In this document: piece by piece, positions 9,000 through 18,919 of the stretch
Numbering within the stretch: position 1 is the first letter of the stretch
How the letters are laid out: each line of letters starts with the position of its first letter
Source of the DNA: a virus
Lineage: Duplodnaviria; Caudoviricetes
Virus record (IMG/VR): IMGVR_UViG_3300025732_000016
Reading direction: 5' to 3' (one strand)
Length of the DNA stretch: 64,000 bases
Translations under genes and position numbers: made by a program
Notes under the pieces: model-generated
Told to the model about the DNA's origin: nothing
What the model saw: the letters and a program-made list of their open reading frames with translations, nothing else
Databases searched by the model: none

Positions 9000-10242
9000 G
9001 GGCGCCTCCCGTATTTCTAACTAGCTGTCTGAACGCTTCATACGTTGAGAGGGCAATTTTGTAAGAGTCACCTGGGTACGCCCTACACCCAATCATCGTG
9101 ATTCCCTTTCTCCTTGACACGAGGAAGCATCTCATGCCATGGTCAAATCTTTCTTTCACTATCTCTCTTGTATCGCCGAACTCTTCACCGATGCAGACAG
9201 AAACTCTCCTCGAAGAGATTCTCGAGATGCGATTCTGCAACATTCGCAAGATATCAGGATCGCTGAACTGTGAGATCTCACCCCGCAGCTTTCTCAATAA
9301 CTCATCTCGCCCAGCAGTATCTCTCAAGTGAACCTTGAGCTTACCGTTCTCTACGACAACATCGTGACAGTTAGAGTCGTCCTCGTGGGAGATGAGGTTG
9401 ACAGTCTCCTGCCCAATGACCGTGCTCAAGTCTGAGATCGTAAATTCGTCCTCGACCGAGGTTCCGGGAGTGAGGGGCACGATGTCAAAAACTCCCCTCT
9501 GGTTGTTGGCGAAGATCGTGCTGGCCACCTCTGAAGAGAACGCTCTCGCAACGAGCAGGACTCGAGAATTGTCAAGTGAACACTTCTCGAGGAATGTGTT
9601 CACTTGACCGACGCTCTCGATGACCCCGTCAAAAACGACTATTTGTCTGGAAGTTAGGGATCGAGAGGTGTGAAAGCTCGGAGAGACTATCACTGGATAG
9701 GACGATGACTCGTCAACAGAGATGTGTGTAATGCCTCCGACTGAGACTGAGACATTCCCTGTGGCTCCCGCCTGCCCGATGCTGTCGAGTAACAGGCTTC
9801 TCACCGTCTCGTCTTGGACATCGTCGATGAGAGCCGGGAGGTCGCTCTCCAACATCGTCCTTGTACCCGATGCCACCAGTTTTTCGCCTGATAGAAGACG
9901 CAAGAAGAGGTATGAAGAGGCGGGTGAAGCCTGCTCAGCCCTGTACGCCGACAACAGGACCAATGAGCGAGCGATTCTTTCAATGTCACTCTTGGACTTC
10001 CAAGACGACAGGACCCTGAGAGAGTCTGCGGGTGACCCTCCCAGTGCCCTGTCCTTGAAGACCTCGACTATCGAAGAACCGATAGTCTCGATAGTCCCTT
10101 GAGCTATCTTCCTCGCCGCGGCAAGGACAGACTCACCGTCACCAGTGAGTCGTCTAGCTGTCTCTCCAGAGGTTGTTGGCGGCAAAGGTGATAATCTCCT
10201 CAGCAGATTCTGGTGTGTAGCCGTAGTCTTGTACAAGCGCAT
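8923..10242 (-). CDS. Divergent GroEL/Cpn60-like protein (start uncertain)
   Basis: IVVFDGVIESVGQVNTFLE...VLLVARAFSSEVASTIFANNQRGVFDIVPLTPG aligns by eye with the GroEL apical domain; GDGTT motif absent. Confidence 0.6.
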   Translation of the reverse strand: MRLYKTTATHQNLLRRLSPLPPTTSGETARRLTGDGESVLAAARKIAQGTIETIGSSIVEVFKDRALGGSPADSLRVLSSWKSKSDIERIARSLVLLSAYRAEQASPASSYLFLRLLSGEKLVASGTRTMLESDLPALIDDVQDETVRSLLLDSIGQAGATGNVSVSVGGITHISVDESSSYPVIVSPSFHTSRSLTSRQIVVFDGVIESVGQVNTFLEKCSLDNSRVLLVARAFSSEVASTIFANNQRGVFDIVPLTPGTSVEDEFTISDLSTVIGQETVNLISHEDDSNCHDVVVENGKLKVHLRDTAGRDELLRKLRGEISQFSDPDILRMLQNRISRISSRRVSVCIGEEFGDTREIVKERFDHGMRCFLVSRRKGITMIGCRAYPGDSYKIALSTYEAFRQLVRNTGGALVIDKKVEVAKRRDGKNRRARVSHS

Positions 10243-12079
10243 TGACCATTTCTGAGTACTTCTTCTGCTGCTCGTTGTCTCTGCTCTTTGACTTCGTGAC
10301 AATTCGCGCCATGTCCTTCACTGAGGAGATGAGGTAGCCCTCGATCGCCTCACGGAGGGGCTCGTAGGAGCGGTAGTCGACCTTCGTTCCGCGCCGAATC
10401 TTCGCGAACATGTAGGCCGTCACGTCAGCTCGGAACCCGTCCTTCATCGAGCCCGTGATCCCGATCTGCTCCTCGAGAGCCTTCATGAACTTCTCGTCAG
10501 GCTCTCTCTCCTCGGAGGTGACCCTGTCCTTCATCTTCTGTCGAGTCGTGAAGGCCTCTGCGTTGTCGAGGTAGTTGTCGAAGAGAGACTGGGCCTGCTC
10601 CTCGTAGGCGGTGACGAACGCCTTTGCGATCTCTCCCTCGAGGATCTTCAGGTACTCCTCACGGATGACCTTCTGGAGGATCTCGAGATAGTTCTTCTTC
10701 TTCTCCTCGTCGACAACCTGCTCCTTCACCTGCTTGATGAGAGCTTCGACGACTCTCATCGGAGTGATGAAACCCTTGTCAGAGTCGGTGAGTGCAGAGT
10801 CAATTGCCTTCGTGATGAATCGGGTAGAGATTCCCTCCATACCCTCGTGCTTTGCCTCATCACGGAGGTCAGTGATGTCGACCTTGCGCGTCCTGCCCTT
10901 CTCGACAATCTCCTGGCCGTCGTAGATCTTCATCTTGGTGAGGAGGTCACACTTCTGGGAAGGCTTGAGGCGGCTCATCACCGAGAACATTGCCGCGACC
11001 TTGATCGTATGGGGAGCGAGGTGATACTTGAAGTCGGACTTGCGAAGCATCTTCTCGTAGATCTTCATCTCCTGCGTGAGCTCCAGGACGTATGGAACCT
11101 CGATCTTCACGACGCGATCGAGGATGGCCTCGTTCGTGTGCTCAGACTTGAAGCGATTCCACTCTGCCTCGTTGCAGTGTGAGAGGATGACACCGTCGAA
11201 GTAGAGCATCGAGTTCTTGCCCGGTGTCGGAACATTCTTCTCCTGGGTCGCAGTGAGGATCGTGTGGAGGAACTCGATCTCGTTCTTGAAGATCTCGACA
11301 AATTCCACCACACCGCGGTTACCGACGTTGAATGCACCGTTGAGGTTCAGGACTCGGGGATCGTCCTCGGAGAACTTGTCCAGCTTTGAGATGTCCTCTG
11401 AGCCGATGAGGGCCGAAACGTCCTGAGAGTTGGCATCCATGGGAGGGACGACCGCGATACCCCTGCGCGCTCTCTGCGAGAAGGATGAGCGGACCACAGG
11501 GAACTTCTCGTACTCGCCCTTGAACTCTTCCATGAGCCTGTATCGACAGACCGGACAGAGGTCTCCCTCGATGTGGACACCGAGGATCTTCTCGAACTCC
11601 TCCCTCAATGACCTCGGAAGGAGGTGAAGCGGCTCCTCGCGAACTGGGCAGCCATCGAGATGGTAGACGGGCTCTGCAGCCTTCTCAAGAGCCTTCTTCA
11701 CCGCGTCGGCAAGTGCGCTCTTTCCTGATCCGACAGGTCCCATGAGAAGCAGGACCTGCCTGCTTTCCTCACCCTTCAGGGCAGCGGACTTCAGGAATCG
11801 CATGAGCTTTGCAATGACGCGCTCATGGCCGTAGAATTCGTCCCTGAAGTAGCTGTAGGTCTTTAGCTTGTCGCTGCCGAACAGCTTTCGGCAGCGAGGA
11901 TCAGTCTCATCCATTGTGCTCACACCGTATGACTCTACGGCGTCAACGAGTCTCCTCGCGGCGAGCTTTGTCACGTCAGGATCTTCCTTGACGAGCTTCA
12001 GGTAGTCGATGAAACTACCCTTCCAAGAGTCCTTCTGCGACTCAACCCTTTGCTTCTTAATGATGTCGAGAAAATCCAC
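10154..12079 (-). CDS. prkA: PrkA/YeaG-family AAA+ protein
   Basis: Walker A GPVGSGKS; GCPVREEPL, GNRGVVEFVEIFK and EAILDR motifs; GTG start after GGAGG. Confidence 0.9.
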   Translation of the reverse strand: MDFLDIIKKQRVESQKDSWKGSFIDYLKLVKEDPDVTKLAARRLVDAVESYGVSTMDETDPRCRKLFGSDKLKTYSYFRDEFYGHERVIAKLMRFLKSAALKGEESRQVLLLMGPVGSGKSALADAVKKALEKAAEPVYHLDGCPVREEPLHLLPRSLREEFEKILGVHIEGDLCPVCRYRLMEEFKGEYEKFPVVRSSFSQRARRGIAVVPPMDANSQDVSALIGSEDISKLDKFSEDDPRVLNLNGAFNVGNRGVVEFVEIFKNEIEFLHTILTATQEKNVPTPGKNSMLYFDGVILSHCNEAEWNRFKSEHTNEAILDRVVKIEVPYVLELTQEMKIYEKMLRKSDFKYHLAPHTIKVAAMFSVMSRLKPSQKCDLLTKMKIYDGQEIVEKGRTRKVDITDLRDEAKHEGMEGISTRFITKAIDSALTDSDKGFITPMRVVEALIKQVKEQVVDEEKKKNYLEILQKVIREEYLKILEGEIAKAFVTAYEEQAQSLFDNYLDNAEAFTTRQKMKDRVTSEEREPDEKFMKALEEQIGITGSMKDGFRADVTAYMFAKIRRGTKVDYRSYEPLREAIEGYLISSVKDMARIVTKSKSRDNEQQKKYSEMVNALVQDYGYTPESAEEIITFAANNLWRDS

Positions 12080-12087
12080 GTTCCCTC

Positions 12088-13413
12088 CTACGAGATCTCA
12101 AATTCTTCATTTTCTACGTCAGTGAACAGCTTGACGGGACCGTGCCAGATGTTCCTGATGAGCTTGACGCAGTTGTCTGCGTAATCGAGCTCGAGGTCCC
12201 TTCCGTCATGTTCATGCCGCAGTTCTAATGTATTGTCCTTTGCCACGTGATCGACGTATATCGTCGGAATCATATTGCCGGCAATGCTCTGCAGGAGGGC
12301 GGCCCTCACCTCCTGCCAGCTTTCGTCGTCTTCGACAATGTCGTCAACTGTCCAATCAGGGTTCTTCTTGCCCTTCGGACTGAAGGTGAAGAGGTTGAGC
12401 TCTCTCGCCTTCTCCTCGGTGAGGTACTGCATGATGAAGTTCTCGTCGTTGCAGACCTCTCTCGCAAGGAAGCACTCCTCTATGCCGAATCTCTTCTCGA
12501 TGTCCTTGAAGATTTCAAAACCGAGGTGGTATGGGTTGATCTTGAGACCCCACGGTCGAAGGACAGCGTTGTGAGTCTTGAGGAAAGGGAGGTGATGCTC
12601 ATCAGCGAGCTCAAGGTCATGGAGAATTCTGTAGTGCCAGAAGCTCGCCCACCCCTCATTCATAACCTTTGTCCTGATCTGCGGCCAGAAGTAGAGAGAC
12701 TCGTCATGGACTATCGAGATGATGTCCCGCTGCCAATCTGTGAGCTTGTGATTGTTGTCAAGGACAAACTGGAGGATGTCATACTCAGGCTCAAGCGGGA
12801 GGTCATCGATATTGAAGTCCTTCCACTCTCCCTTCTCGTCGTTCTTGATGAGGTCGATGTACTTCTTACGAAGCTCTCTCTCGGACGGTCTCGTCCTGCC
12901 GCGACGATCGGTCTGGTAAGTGAATGCGTGGCAGGCATCGATGATCTTCTCCACGGCCTCAATCCCTATCGTCGGGTCCTCGATGTAGGCCTTAATCCGC
13001 TTTCCGGCATTCCTGAACCTCATCGTGACGGTCGCGGCGTCAGTGTCCTTGAACGTCCGATTGTTCTTGAAGAAGTCCGAGTGGCCGACGCAGTGCGCCA
13101 TGATGAGAATCTGGAGGTACAGCGGGTTCTCCAGCATCAGGTATGCGATTGACGGATCAGAGTTGATGATGAGCTCATACGGAAGGCCCTCAGCGCCCGC
13201 GTTGTACATGAAGTGCGTCCTCTCGAACGTCTTTCCGTACGACCAGTGTGCATAGTGAGAGGGCATCCCGTGGTAAGCCATGTGACCGATCATCTCACGG
13301 TAGTCACAGGTCTCATAGGCTATCGGGTACCAGTCGAGGCCGTGCTTTCTCGCGATCTCGCAGATCTTCTCGTCCCATTCCTCGAGATCACTCAAGTTGT
13401 AGTCACCCATCAC
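12088..13413 (-). CDS. spoVR: SpoVR/YcgB-family protein
   Basis: GMPSHYAHWSYGK, YELIINSDP, AHCVGHSDFFKNN and KVMNEGWASFWH motifs. Confidence 0.9.
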   Translation of the reverse strand: MMGDYNLSDLEEWDEKICEIARKHGLDWYPIAYETCDYREMIGHMAYHGMPSHYAHWSYGKTFERTHFMYNAGAEGLPYELIINSDPSIAYLMLENPLYLQILIMAHCVGHSDFFKNNRTFKDTDAATVTMRFRNAGKRIKAYIEDPTIGIEAVEKIIDACHAFTYQTDRRGRTRPSERELRKKYIDLIKNDEKGEWKDFNIDDLPLEPEYDILQFVLDNNHKLTDWQRDIISIVHDESLYFWPQIRTKVMNEGWASFWHYRILHDLELADEHHLPFLKTHNAVLRPWGLKINPYHLGFEIFKDIEKRFGIEECFLAREVCNDENFIMQYLTEEKARELNLFTFSPKGKKNPDWTVDDIVEDDESWQEVRAALLQSIAGNMIPTIYVDHVAKDNTLELRHEHDGRDLELDYADNCVKLIRNIWHGPVKLFTDVENEEFEIS

Positions 13414-14585
13414 TCACTCCCAAAGAACTTGCTAAAGACAGGCCAAACGTCATCCTTACTCACCAGCGTGGCAGTGCGAAGAACTGGCGAGAGAGCCTTG
13501 AGATTGTTCATGAGCTTCGAGGCAGAGTCACTCTGCCAAGCGGGAGTCGAGCCCTTCGGCTTGATCTCACAGTAGCCGACCATCTGGCTGATGTCACAGA
13601 GATCCCTGTACATGTCGAAGGCCTTCGCGTTGTCTTCTTCGAAGTTGTCGCCGTCCGTGCAGTGGAACACATAGACGTTCCAAGCCGAAGGATGGTACCG
13701 CTCGTTCGCAATCTCAATCGCGAGCTCAGGAGCCGAGGAGACGTGCGTGCCACCGGATGATCCCCTCTTGAAGAAGGAGTCCTCATCAGTCTCGAAAGCC
13801 TCAGTCGTGTGACCGATGAAGACAATCTCGACCTTCTCGTACTTGTGGCGGATGAACTGGTAGAGGAGGAAGTAGAAGGACCTTGCGATGAACTTGATGT
13901 CCTGGGTCATCGAGCCGGAGACGTCCATCATGAAGAAGATGACGGCGTTTGTCGCCTCCTTCGGTTTCGCCTTGATGTGGTGGTACCGGAGGTCGTTGTC
14001 GTGGAATGGGAAGACCTCATTGCCGTCCTCATCCACCTCCACCTCTCCGGCCCTTCGTGCTGCCGCGAGGCGCTTTATCCGCTGGATGGCAGACTCTCTC
14101 TTGTCGAGCCGCGGTGGAATGCCCTGGGGGCGTGTGCCATGTCGCTTTGGCCTCTCCTCGAGAACTGTTCGCAGCTTCTTCCTCTCTAGCTCTGGGAGAT
14201 TCAACGAGGAGAAGAGGTACTCTGCGAGCTCTTCGAGGGTAATCTCGACCTCGTAGAACTCCTCTCCCTTGTCCTTACCAGCCTTGCTGCCGGAGCCCTG
14301 CCCCTGCTGTTGACCCTTCCTTACGACCTGCCCCTTTTGGATGTCGGCGTTAGGAGCAGAGCCCACCTGCTTCTGACCCTCGTTGTCGCCATAGACGAAC
14401 TGCCACTCCTTGATGCCACGAACAGGAATGCGGATCTTCTTCTTCCCATCCTGCCCAATGATCGACTCTTCAGAGACGATATCTGTGATGCCGTCTTTGA
14501 TCGCTTTCTCAATCTTTTGCTTGTGACGAGAACGGTCCGCTGCGGAGCGGTCTGCTGAAGTCTTGTGTTCACGGAAGATAGACAT
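13410..14585 (-). CDS. yeaH: YeaH/YhbH (DUF444) vWA-like protein
   Basis: DRSRH, IRIPVRGIKE, MIDAS-like MDVSGSM, SGGTHVSS and TDGDN motifs. Confidence 0.9.
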   Translation of the reverse strand: MSIFREHKTSADRSAADRSRHKQKIEKAIKDGITDIVSEESIIGQDGKKKIRIPVRGIKEWQFVYGDNEGQKQVGSAPNADIQKGQVVRKGQQQGQGSGSKAGKDKGEEFYEVEITLEELAEYLFSSLNLPELERKKLRTVLEERPKRHGTRPQGIPPRLDKRESAIQRIKRLAAARRAGEVEVDEDGNEVFPFHDNDLRYHHIKAKPKEATNAVIFFMMDVSGSMTQDIKFIARSFYFLLYQFIRHKYEKVEIVFIGHTTEAFETDEDSFFKRGSSGGTHVSSAPELAIEIANERYHPSAWNVYVFHCTDGDNFEEDNAKAFDMYRDLCDISQMVGYCEIKPKGSTPAWQSDSASKLMNNLKALSPVLRTATLVSKDDVWPVFSKFFGSE

Positions 14586-14625
14586 CTAGTAATAGATATC
14601 CATCCCGTGCCACTAGTAACCAGTG

Positions 14626-14994
14626 TCAGCCGTAAGACTTCTCTTTTGCCCACTGCACTGCTGGATACAGGAAGTCTGGGCAATTCTCTTCAAGAGTTCG
14701 CCACGGCACGTACATCATGCCCTTCCTTGAGTTCGGCTTTTTGCCGCTCATCACGACGAAGGTGACAAGGTCGCCGACTTTGTAAGAGTCTTCGGTGAGG
14801 AAATCACTCTCACTCACCCGAATGCCGCAGTCGCGCCAGGCTTCTCGCAGTGCAGTTCTCATGAGGGGTTCGTTGTGTTCTCTGCTGCCCCGTGGAATGT
14901 TGAGATAATCTCCGTCCTCAAAGACCAGGACTTTGTCGAGTGTGGGGCTAACAATGAAGAGGCCAGCGCCCTCTTGGCGCCTGTAAGTTGTCAT
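14626..14994 (-). CDS. NUDIX-like hydrolase with a degenerate box
   Basis: IPRGSREHNEPLMRTALREAWRDCGI resembles the Nudix box. Confidence 0.6.
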   Translation of the reverse strand: MTTYRRQEGAGLFIVSPTLDKVLVFEDGDYLNIPRGSREHNEPLMRTALREAWRDCGIRVSESDFLTEDSYKVGDLVTFVVMSGKKPNSRKGMMYVPWRTLEENCPDFLYPAVQWAKEKSYG

Positions 14995-14995
14995 T

Positions 14996-15376
14996 TTATA
15001 CTACGTGAAATACCATCGGCATTAGTTTCTTTCGAATTGTTCGGCAACGAGACGCCGCTTCCCTGTGCCGGTGTTCTCTCATGACCATCATGAGAAGCTT
15101 TCTAAAAATCATCGCGAGGCTCTCGCATATGTGAGAGATTTTATCATCGCCGTCGCACAATGATAGGCCTTCTTCTGCAAGAGCCTCGAGCTTGAGAAAA
15201 TGTTTTGTGATGCAATCAGGACACTGCTTCGACTGGTGATTGAGGTGGTCTTCCAGCAGCGTCAGCTCCTTGCAGATCTCGCGAAGATTGTGCTCCGGCT
15301 TCATGATGGGGAGCATTGACTCTGAGAGTTTCATTCTCAGCGTGAGTGACTTAGATCCGCAAGACTTGCAATGCAT
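14996..15376 (-). CDS. Hypothetical protein with CxxC motifs
   Basis: MHCKSCG...CPDCITKH; start trimmed to ATG 15376. Confidence 0.55.
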   Translation of the reverse strand: MHCKSCGSKSLTLRMKLSESMLPIMKPEHNLREICKELTLLEDHLNHQSKQCPDCITKHFLKLEALAEEGLSLCDGDDKISHICESLAMIFRKLLMMVMREHRHREAASRCRTIRKKLMPMVFHVV

Positions 15377-15380
15377 GCAA

Positions 15381-15734
15381 CTATGTATCTCTTGCGTAGT
15401 CATCCTCAAGGCGAACGACGTCATCGAGCTCAGGAGTTGAGACCTCAACAATGTCAACGTCTCCCTTGTAAGCGCAGAAACGGTGGACAGTGCCGGGAGT
15501 GACGTGGAATGTGCTTCCTTCGCAGTAGTCGAACCGGTGCTCGACATTTGGACCAGTCTCGATGGTCAAAAGACCGCTAAGAACCCTGATCGTCTCTTCT
15601 TTCTTGAGATGGTACTGCCTGCTCAGACGATGACCATTGTTGATGTGAAGAATCTTACCAACGTACTTTGGCGTCTCAGCCCAAATCTCTTCGTGGCCCC
15701 AGGGCTTTTTTACTATTCTCACGCTTTCCCTCAT
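15381..15734 (-). CDS. Cupin-domain protein (mannose-6-phosphate isomerase-like)
   Basis: KPWGHEE, LSRQYHLKKEET, PGTVHRF and EVSTPELDDVVRLEDDY. Confidence 0.8.
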   Translation of the reverse strand: MRESVRIVKKPWGHEEIWAETPKYVGKILHINNGHRLSRQYHLKKEETIRVLSGLLTIETGPNVEHRFDYCEGSTFHVTPGTVHRFCAYKGDVDIVEVSTPELDDVVRLEDDYARDT

Positions 15735-16137
15735 AAACCAGATCATATCCTACAACAGCAGAGAAAGCGTTTACAAGCTCACCGGCAACTTTGTTGGCTT
15801 CGTCTTCTAAATCAGAAGAGAAGTGAAGCTCGTCATATTCGATTCCGCCATTTTCATGTTGAGCCAAGTGAGATAGTTCGTGAGCCATCGATCTTAGAAC
15901 ATCTACGAACGCTCTTCCCTTTCCGTAGATGCGAACACTTCCCTCCTCAGGGAAGCAAATTGCAGTCGTTTCTATTGAGTAACGCTTTCGGTCGTCAACG
16001 ATGTAGATCGAGTAGTCACTCTCCAGCTTCATAGCTCTCACACAGAAATCTACAAAATTTCGCATCAGCTTCTTTTTCTCGCCCCCAGGAACGAGATCAA
16101 GGGAAGTGAAGAATACTCTGACGTTACCTCTTTTCAT
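15676..16137 (-). CDS. HExxH metallopeptidase-like protein
   Basis: RSMAHELSH followed by EDEAN. Confidence 0.6.
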   Translation of the reverse strand: MKRGNVRVFFTSLDLVPGGEKKKLMRNFVDFCVRAMKLESDYSIYIVDDRKRYSIETTAICFPEEGSVRIYGKGRAFVDVLRSMAHELSHLAQHENGGIEYDELHFSSDLEDEANKVAGELVNAFSAVVGYDLVYEGKRENSKKALGPRRDLG

Positions 16138-16618
16138 TCTTGATTGCCGCAACCAGATCAGAGGAGGATTGAATCTTCCCTCCTCCTACTCCAAATATCA
16201 CCTTCGTTCCAAGCTTTTCACAGACATCGAACTCTGGAACATTTGCTGCAGCATCTCTGTCTCCGCCCTTAGTGAAAGCGAAAGGCTTTAGAATTTCAAT
16301 TGCGCCTACGACAGTTTGACTGCCGTCGTCCCAGGGAACTACATAATCAACTCCCCTGACTCCCGCGATGATCTCCATCCGCTCCTCAATGGGCATGAAA
16401 GCGTACCCCTTCTTACGAAGTAAGAATCCATCACCGTTGACTATGATAGCGAGTCTTGTTTTTCTGCCAATCTTTCTGACGAAGTCAGCTGACTCTTGCA
16501 GACATCGAAGATGACCGACATGCATGGGATCGAACCCGCCAGAAGTAACTACAAGTCTTTCCCCTCTAATCTCAGCTTGGAGCTTCAAGTCATGTGCGTT
16601 GTGCAGAATCTCACTCAT
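16124..16618 (-). CDS. Cytidylyltransferase-like protein (TagD/RfaE domain II type)
   Basis: SGGFDPMHVGH (HIGH motif), ER.EII, KGGDR and QSSS. Confidence 0.85.
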   Translation of the reverse strand: MSEILHNAHDLKLQAEIRGERLVVTSGGFDPMHVGHLRCLQESADFVRKIGRKTRLAIIVNGDGFLLRKKGYAFMPIEERMEIIAGVRGVDYVVPWDDGSQTVVGAIEILKPFAFTKGGDRDAAANVPEFDVCEKLGTKVIFGVGGGKIQSSSDLVAAIKNEKR

Positions 16619-16647
16619 GAAGGATTGTAGAACTAACTTATAGAATG

Positions 16648-18270
16648 TTATCCCCTCAAAGATCGCCTGAACGACTCCGGGAACAGGTCAGAGTGACGAT
16701 CATAGAACCTGTTCCAGTCAGCATCGAGAATGTAGCTCACGGCGTGGTCATTGGAACTGCGAACGGATCGACCGATGGACTGCACGATGGTCTTTGCGGT
16801 CTGGAGGGGATACCACCACGGCCAGCGGTGCATCCGCTTCTTCACGATCTTGTCACCGAGGTACGGGTACGGGACCTTGCAGATGATCTGGAATCGTGAG
16901 AGGTCGTCCTTCAAGTCAACGCCTTCCTGCATCGAGGGAGAGAGGAGGACGGTGGGCTTGTCGGAAGTCATGTGCTCCTGCAATTTCTGGATTCGATCCT
17001 CGCTTCCGTGAATGAGGAGTCGGTTGGACTTCACATTCTGCTGGAGGTACTTCGCGATCTTGAAGGTGTGGCAGTGAATGATGCCCTTCTCGTTCGGGTG
17101 CTGAGCAAGGATCGCACGGACCGCCTCCGCGAGCTTTGGGAGGTCCTGATCGATCGTCCCTGCCGACATCTTCGCGATCGGGTAGGTGAAGATTGGGTGA
17201 TTCTCCGGGGGGAACGGAGACGGGATGGAGATGAACGCGCAGTCGTCCTCACCGATGCCGAGCATCTTGCAGAAGCCCTCTCGATTGAGGATCGTGGCAG
17301 ACATGAGGAGAACCCGTCGACCGTTCTTGAAGAGGATCTGCTCTGCATAACCCGAGACGTCAATGGGCTTGAACTCGAGCTTTCGCATCCCGCGGCCCTC
17401 TCCCTCTGTGAGGTTGAAGACCCAATTCTCCTCGTCGTAGAGCTCCATGAAGCGGTGAACCTTGCAGATGTGCTTGTCGAGCATCTCATACTGCTTCGCA
17501 AGAGCGACGAAGTCGGTCTTCATCTTGTCGGCGAGGTTGAACTTCTCGATCATCTCCTCGTAGTGCTTCACGTGTGACTTGAGCTTCGGCTCGTACTCGT
17601 CGGTGATCCAACGCCAGGCCTGCTTCTGGGTCGTGATCTCTGGCATCTCGAGCTTGAGGGCCTGCTTTGCAAAGCGCTCGGACATCGTGATCTCGATGAA
17701 GCCGCTCAGCTCGGTGTCGGTGTTGTGGGCCTCATCGATGACCAGCAGAGAGCGGGGAACGAGCTTACCAGAATAGACCGTCTCGGCGAGGAAGTAGCTG
17801 AAGTTCGTCACGGACTCCGTGCTCTGCATGAACTTTCGCTTCTCCTCCTTGTAGACGCAACCGTATGAGCAGGATCTCGCGAACTTTGAGGTCGGGTCCT
17901 TCTCAAGCTTCAATTGACGAAGCGACTCTGCACAGCTCTGTCGCTTGTGGAACTTGCACTGGTAGTTCGCGGACGACATCACCTGACACATCGTCTCACC
18001 GAAGTCCTTGATGTACTGCTCCTGCAGGATCTTCTGTGTGGTGAGGAAGTAGGCTCCCGGCTGGAACCCGCTGTCACTGCGCTCAGGGTAGTTCGCAGTG
18101 AGGTAGCGAGCGATGGTCAGGCCGATCGCAGACTTTCCCACTCCTGTTCCAGCCTCGAGTACGACGAACCTCTTACCGGATGAGAAAGCATCCAGCGCGA
18201 AGTCAATCGCATTCTTCTGGGGCTCGCGGACTTCGCCGAAGGGAAAGTGACCAGTGTACTCGAAGCTCAT
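16648..18270 (-). CDS. DinG/Rad3-like SF2 helicase
   Basis: EAGTGVGKS, DEAH, MSAT, EGVD and QSIGRSVR motifs. Confidence 0.85.
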   Translation of the reverse strand: MSFEYTGHFPFGEVREPQKNAIDFALDAFSSGKRFVVLEAGTGVGKSAIGLTIARYLTANYPERSDSGFQPGAYFLTTQKILQEQYIKDFGETMCQVMSSANYQCKFHKRQSCAESLRQLKLEKDPTSKFARSCSYGCVYKEEKRKFMQSTESVTNFSYFLAETVYSGKLVPRSLLVIDEAHNTDTELSGFIEITMSERFAKQALKLEMPEITTQKQAWRWITDEYEPKLKSHVKHYEEMIEKFNLADKMKTDFVALAKQYEMLDKHICKVHRFMELYDEENWVFNLTEGEGRGMRKLEFKPIDVSGYAEQILFKNGRRVLLMSATILNREGFCKMLGIGEDDCAFISIPSPFPPENHPIFTYPIAKMSAGTIDQDLPKLAEAVRAILAQHPNEKGIIHCHTFKIAKYLQQNVKSNRLLIHGSEDRIQKLQEHMTSDKPTVLLSPSMQEGVDLKDDLSRFQIICKVPYPYLGDKIVKKRMHRWPWWYPLQTAKTIVQSIGRSVRSSNDHAVSYILDADWNRFYDRHSDLFPESFRRSLRG

Positions 18271-18599
18271 TCACGCTTCCTGTTGAAATTGAACGGGATG
18301 ATGGTGCCATTCTGTTCGTTGTTGGGCTCTTCTGCGTCCCGGGCAAAGGACAGAAAGTCCTTCCTCGAGACAGTGTAGATCTCGTCGCTGCTCTCATCGT
18401 CCAAGAGAGCATAGTTGACGTGGAAGTCTGTCACACCCTTCACCCTCACCTTTCCGAGGCGGGGCAGGTACCAGATCTGACCTGGGAAGTAGGGAGCCTT
18501 GAGAGCGACTTCCCTGAGGTGCGCTCGAAGGATTGGAGCGTAGAGAAAGTCCGCCAGCATGTGACAGACAATTGCGATCACGTCGAACAGCTTTCTCAC
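18267..18599 (-). CDS. Hypothetical small beta-barrel-like protein
   Basis: GTGA overlap with the upstream stop; FPGQIWY. Confidence 0.5.
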   Translation of the reverse strand: MRKLFDVIAIVCHMLADFLYAPILRAHLREVALKAPYFPGQIWYLPRLGKVRVKGVTDFHVNYALLDDESSDEIYTVSRKDFLSFARDAEEPNNEQNGTIIPFNFNRKRE

Positions 18600-18907
18600 T
18601 TCTCTCTCCTTGACCTTCTCGGCTTGACGGGCTTCTCTTTGTGCAGCCGGCCTGAAGAGAAGCTTCTCCACATGCCCTTCATCTCATCCCACACAGTGAA
18701 CGCGATGTTGCCGTTCGGCTGTTCCCTAATCTCTCTGATGGTTCCCCAAGCGTACTTCTCACCCACAAGAGAGGTGTTGAACCACACTTTGTCTCCCACT
18801 TTGAAGCCATCGTGCTCCTCCATCGGAACGAAGACTGGTATATCGGGAACTGTCGGGGCTTGGACGCTAGTGAAGTCTCTCTTGGTCTTCTTAGAAGCCC
18901 TTCTCAT
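18596..18907 (-). CDS. Hypothetical SH3/KOW-like protein
   Basis: FKVGDKVWF...AWGTIREI...FTVWD. Confidence 0.55.
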   Translation of the reverse strand: MRRASKKTKRDFTSVQAPTVPDIPVFVPMEEHDGFKVGDKVWFNTSLVGEKYAWGTIREIREQPNGNIAFTVWDEMKGMWRSFSSGRLHKEKPVKPRRSRREK

Positions 18908-18919
18908 AAAGAGATAGTA

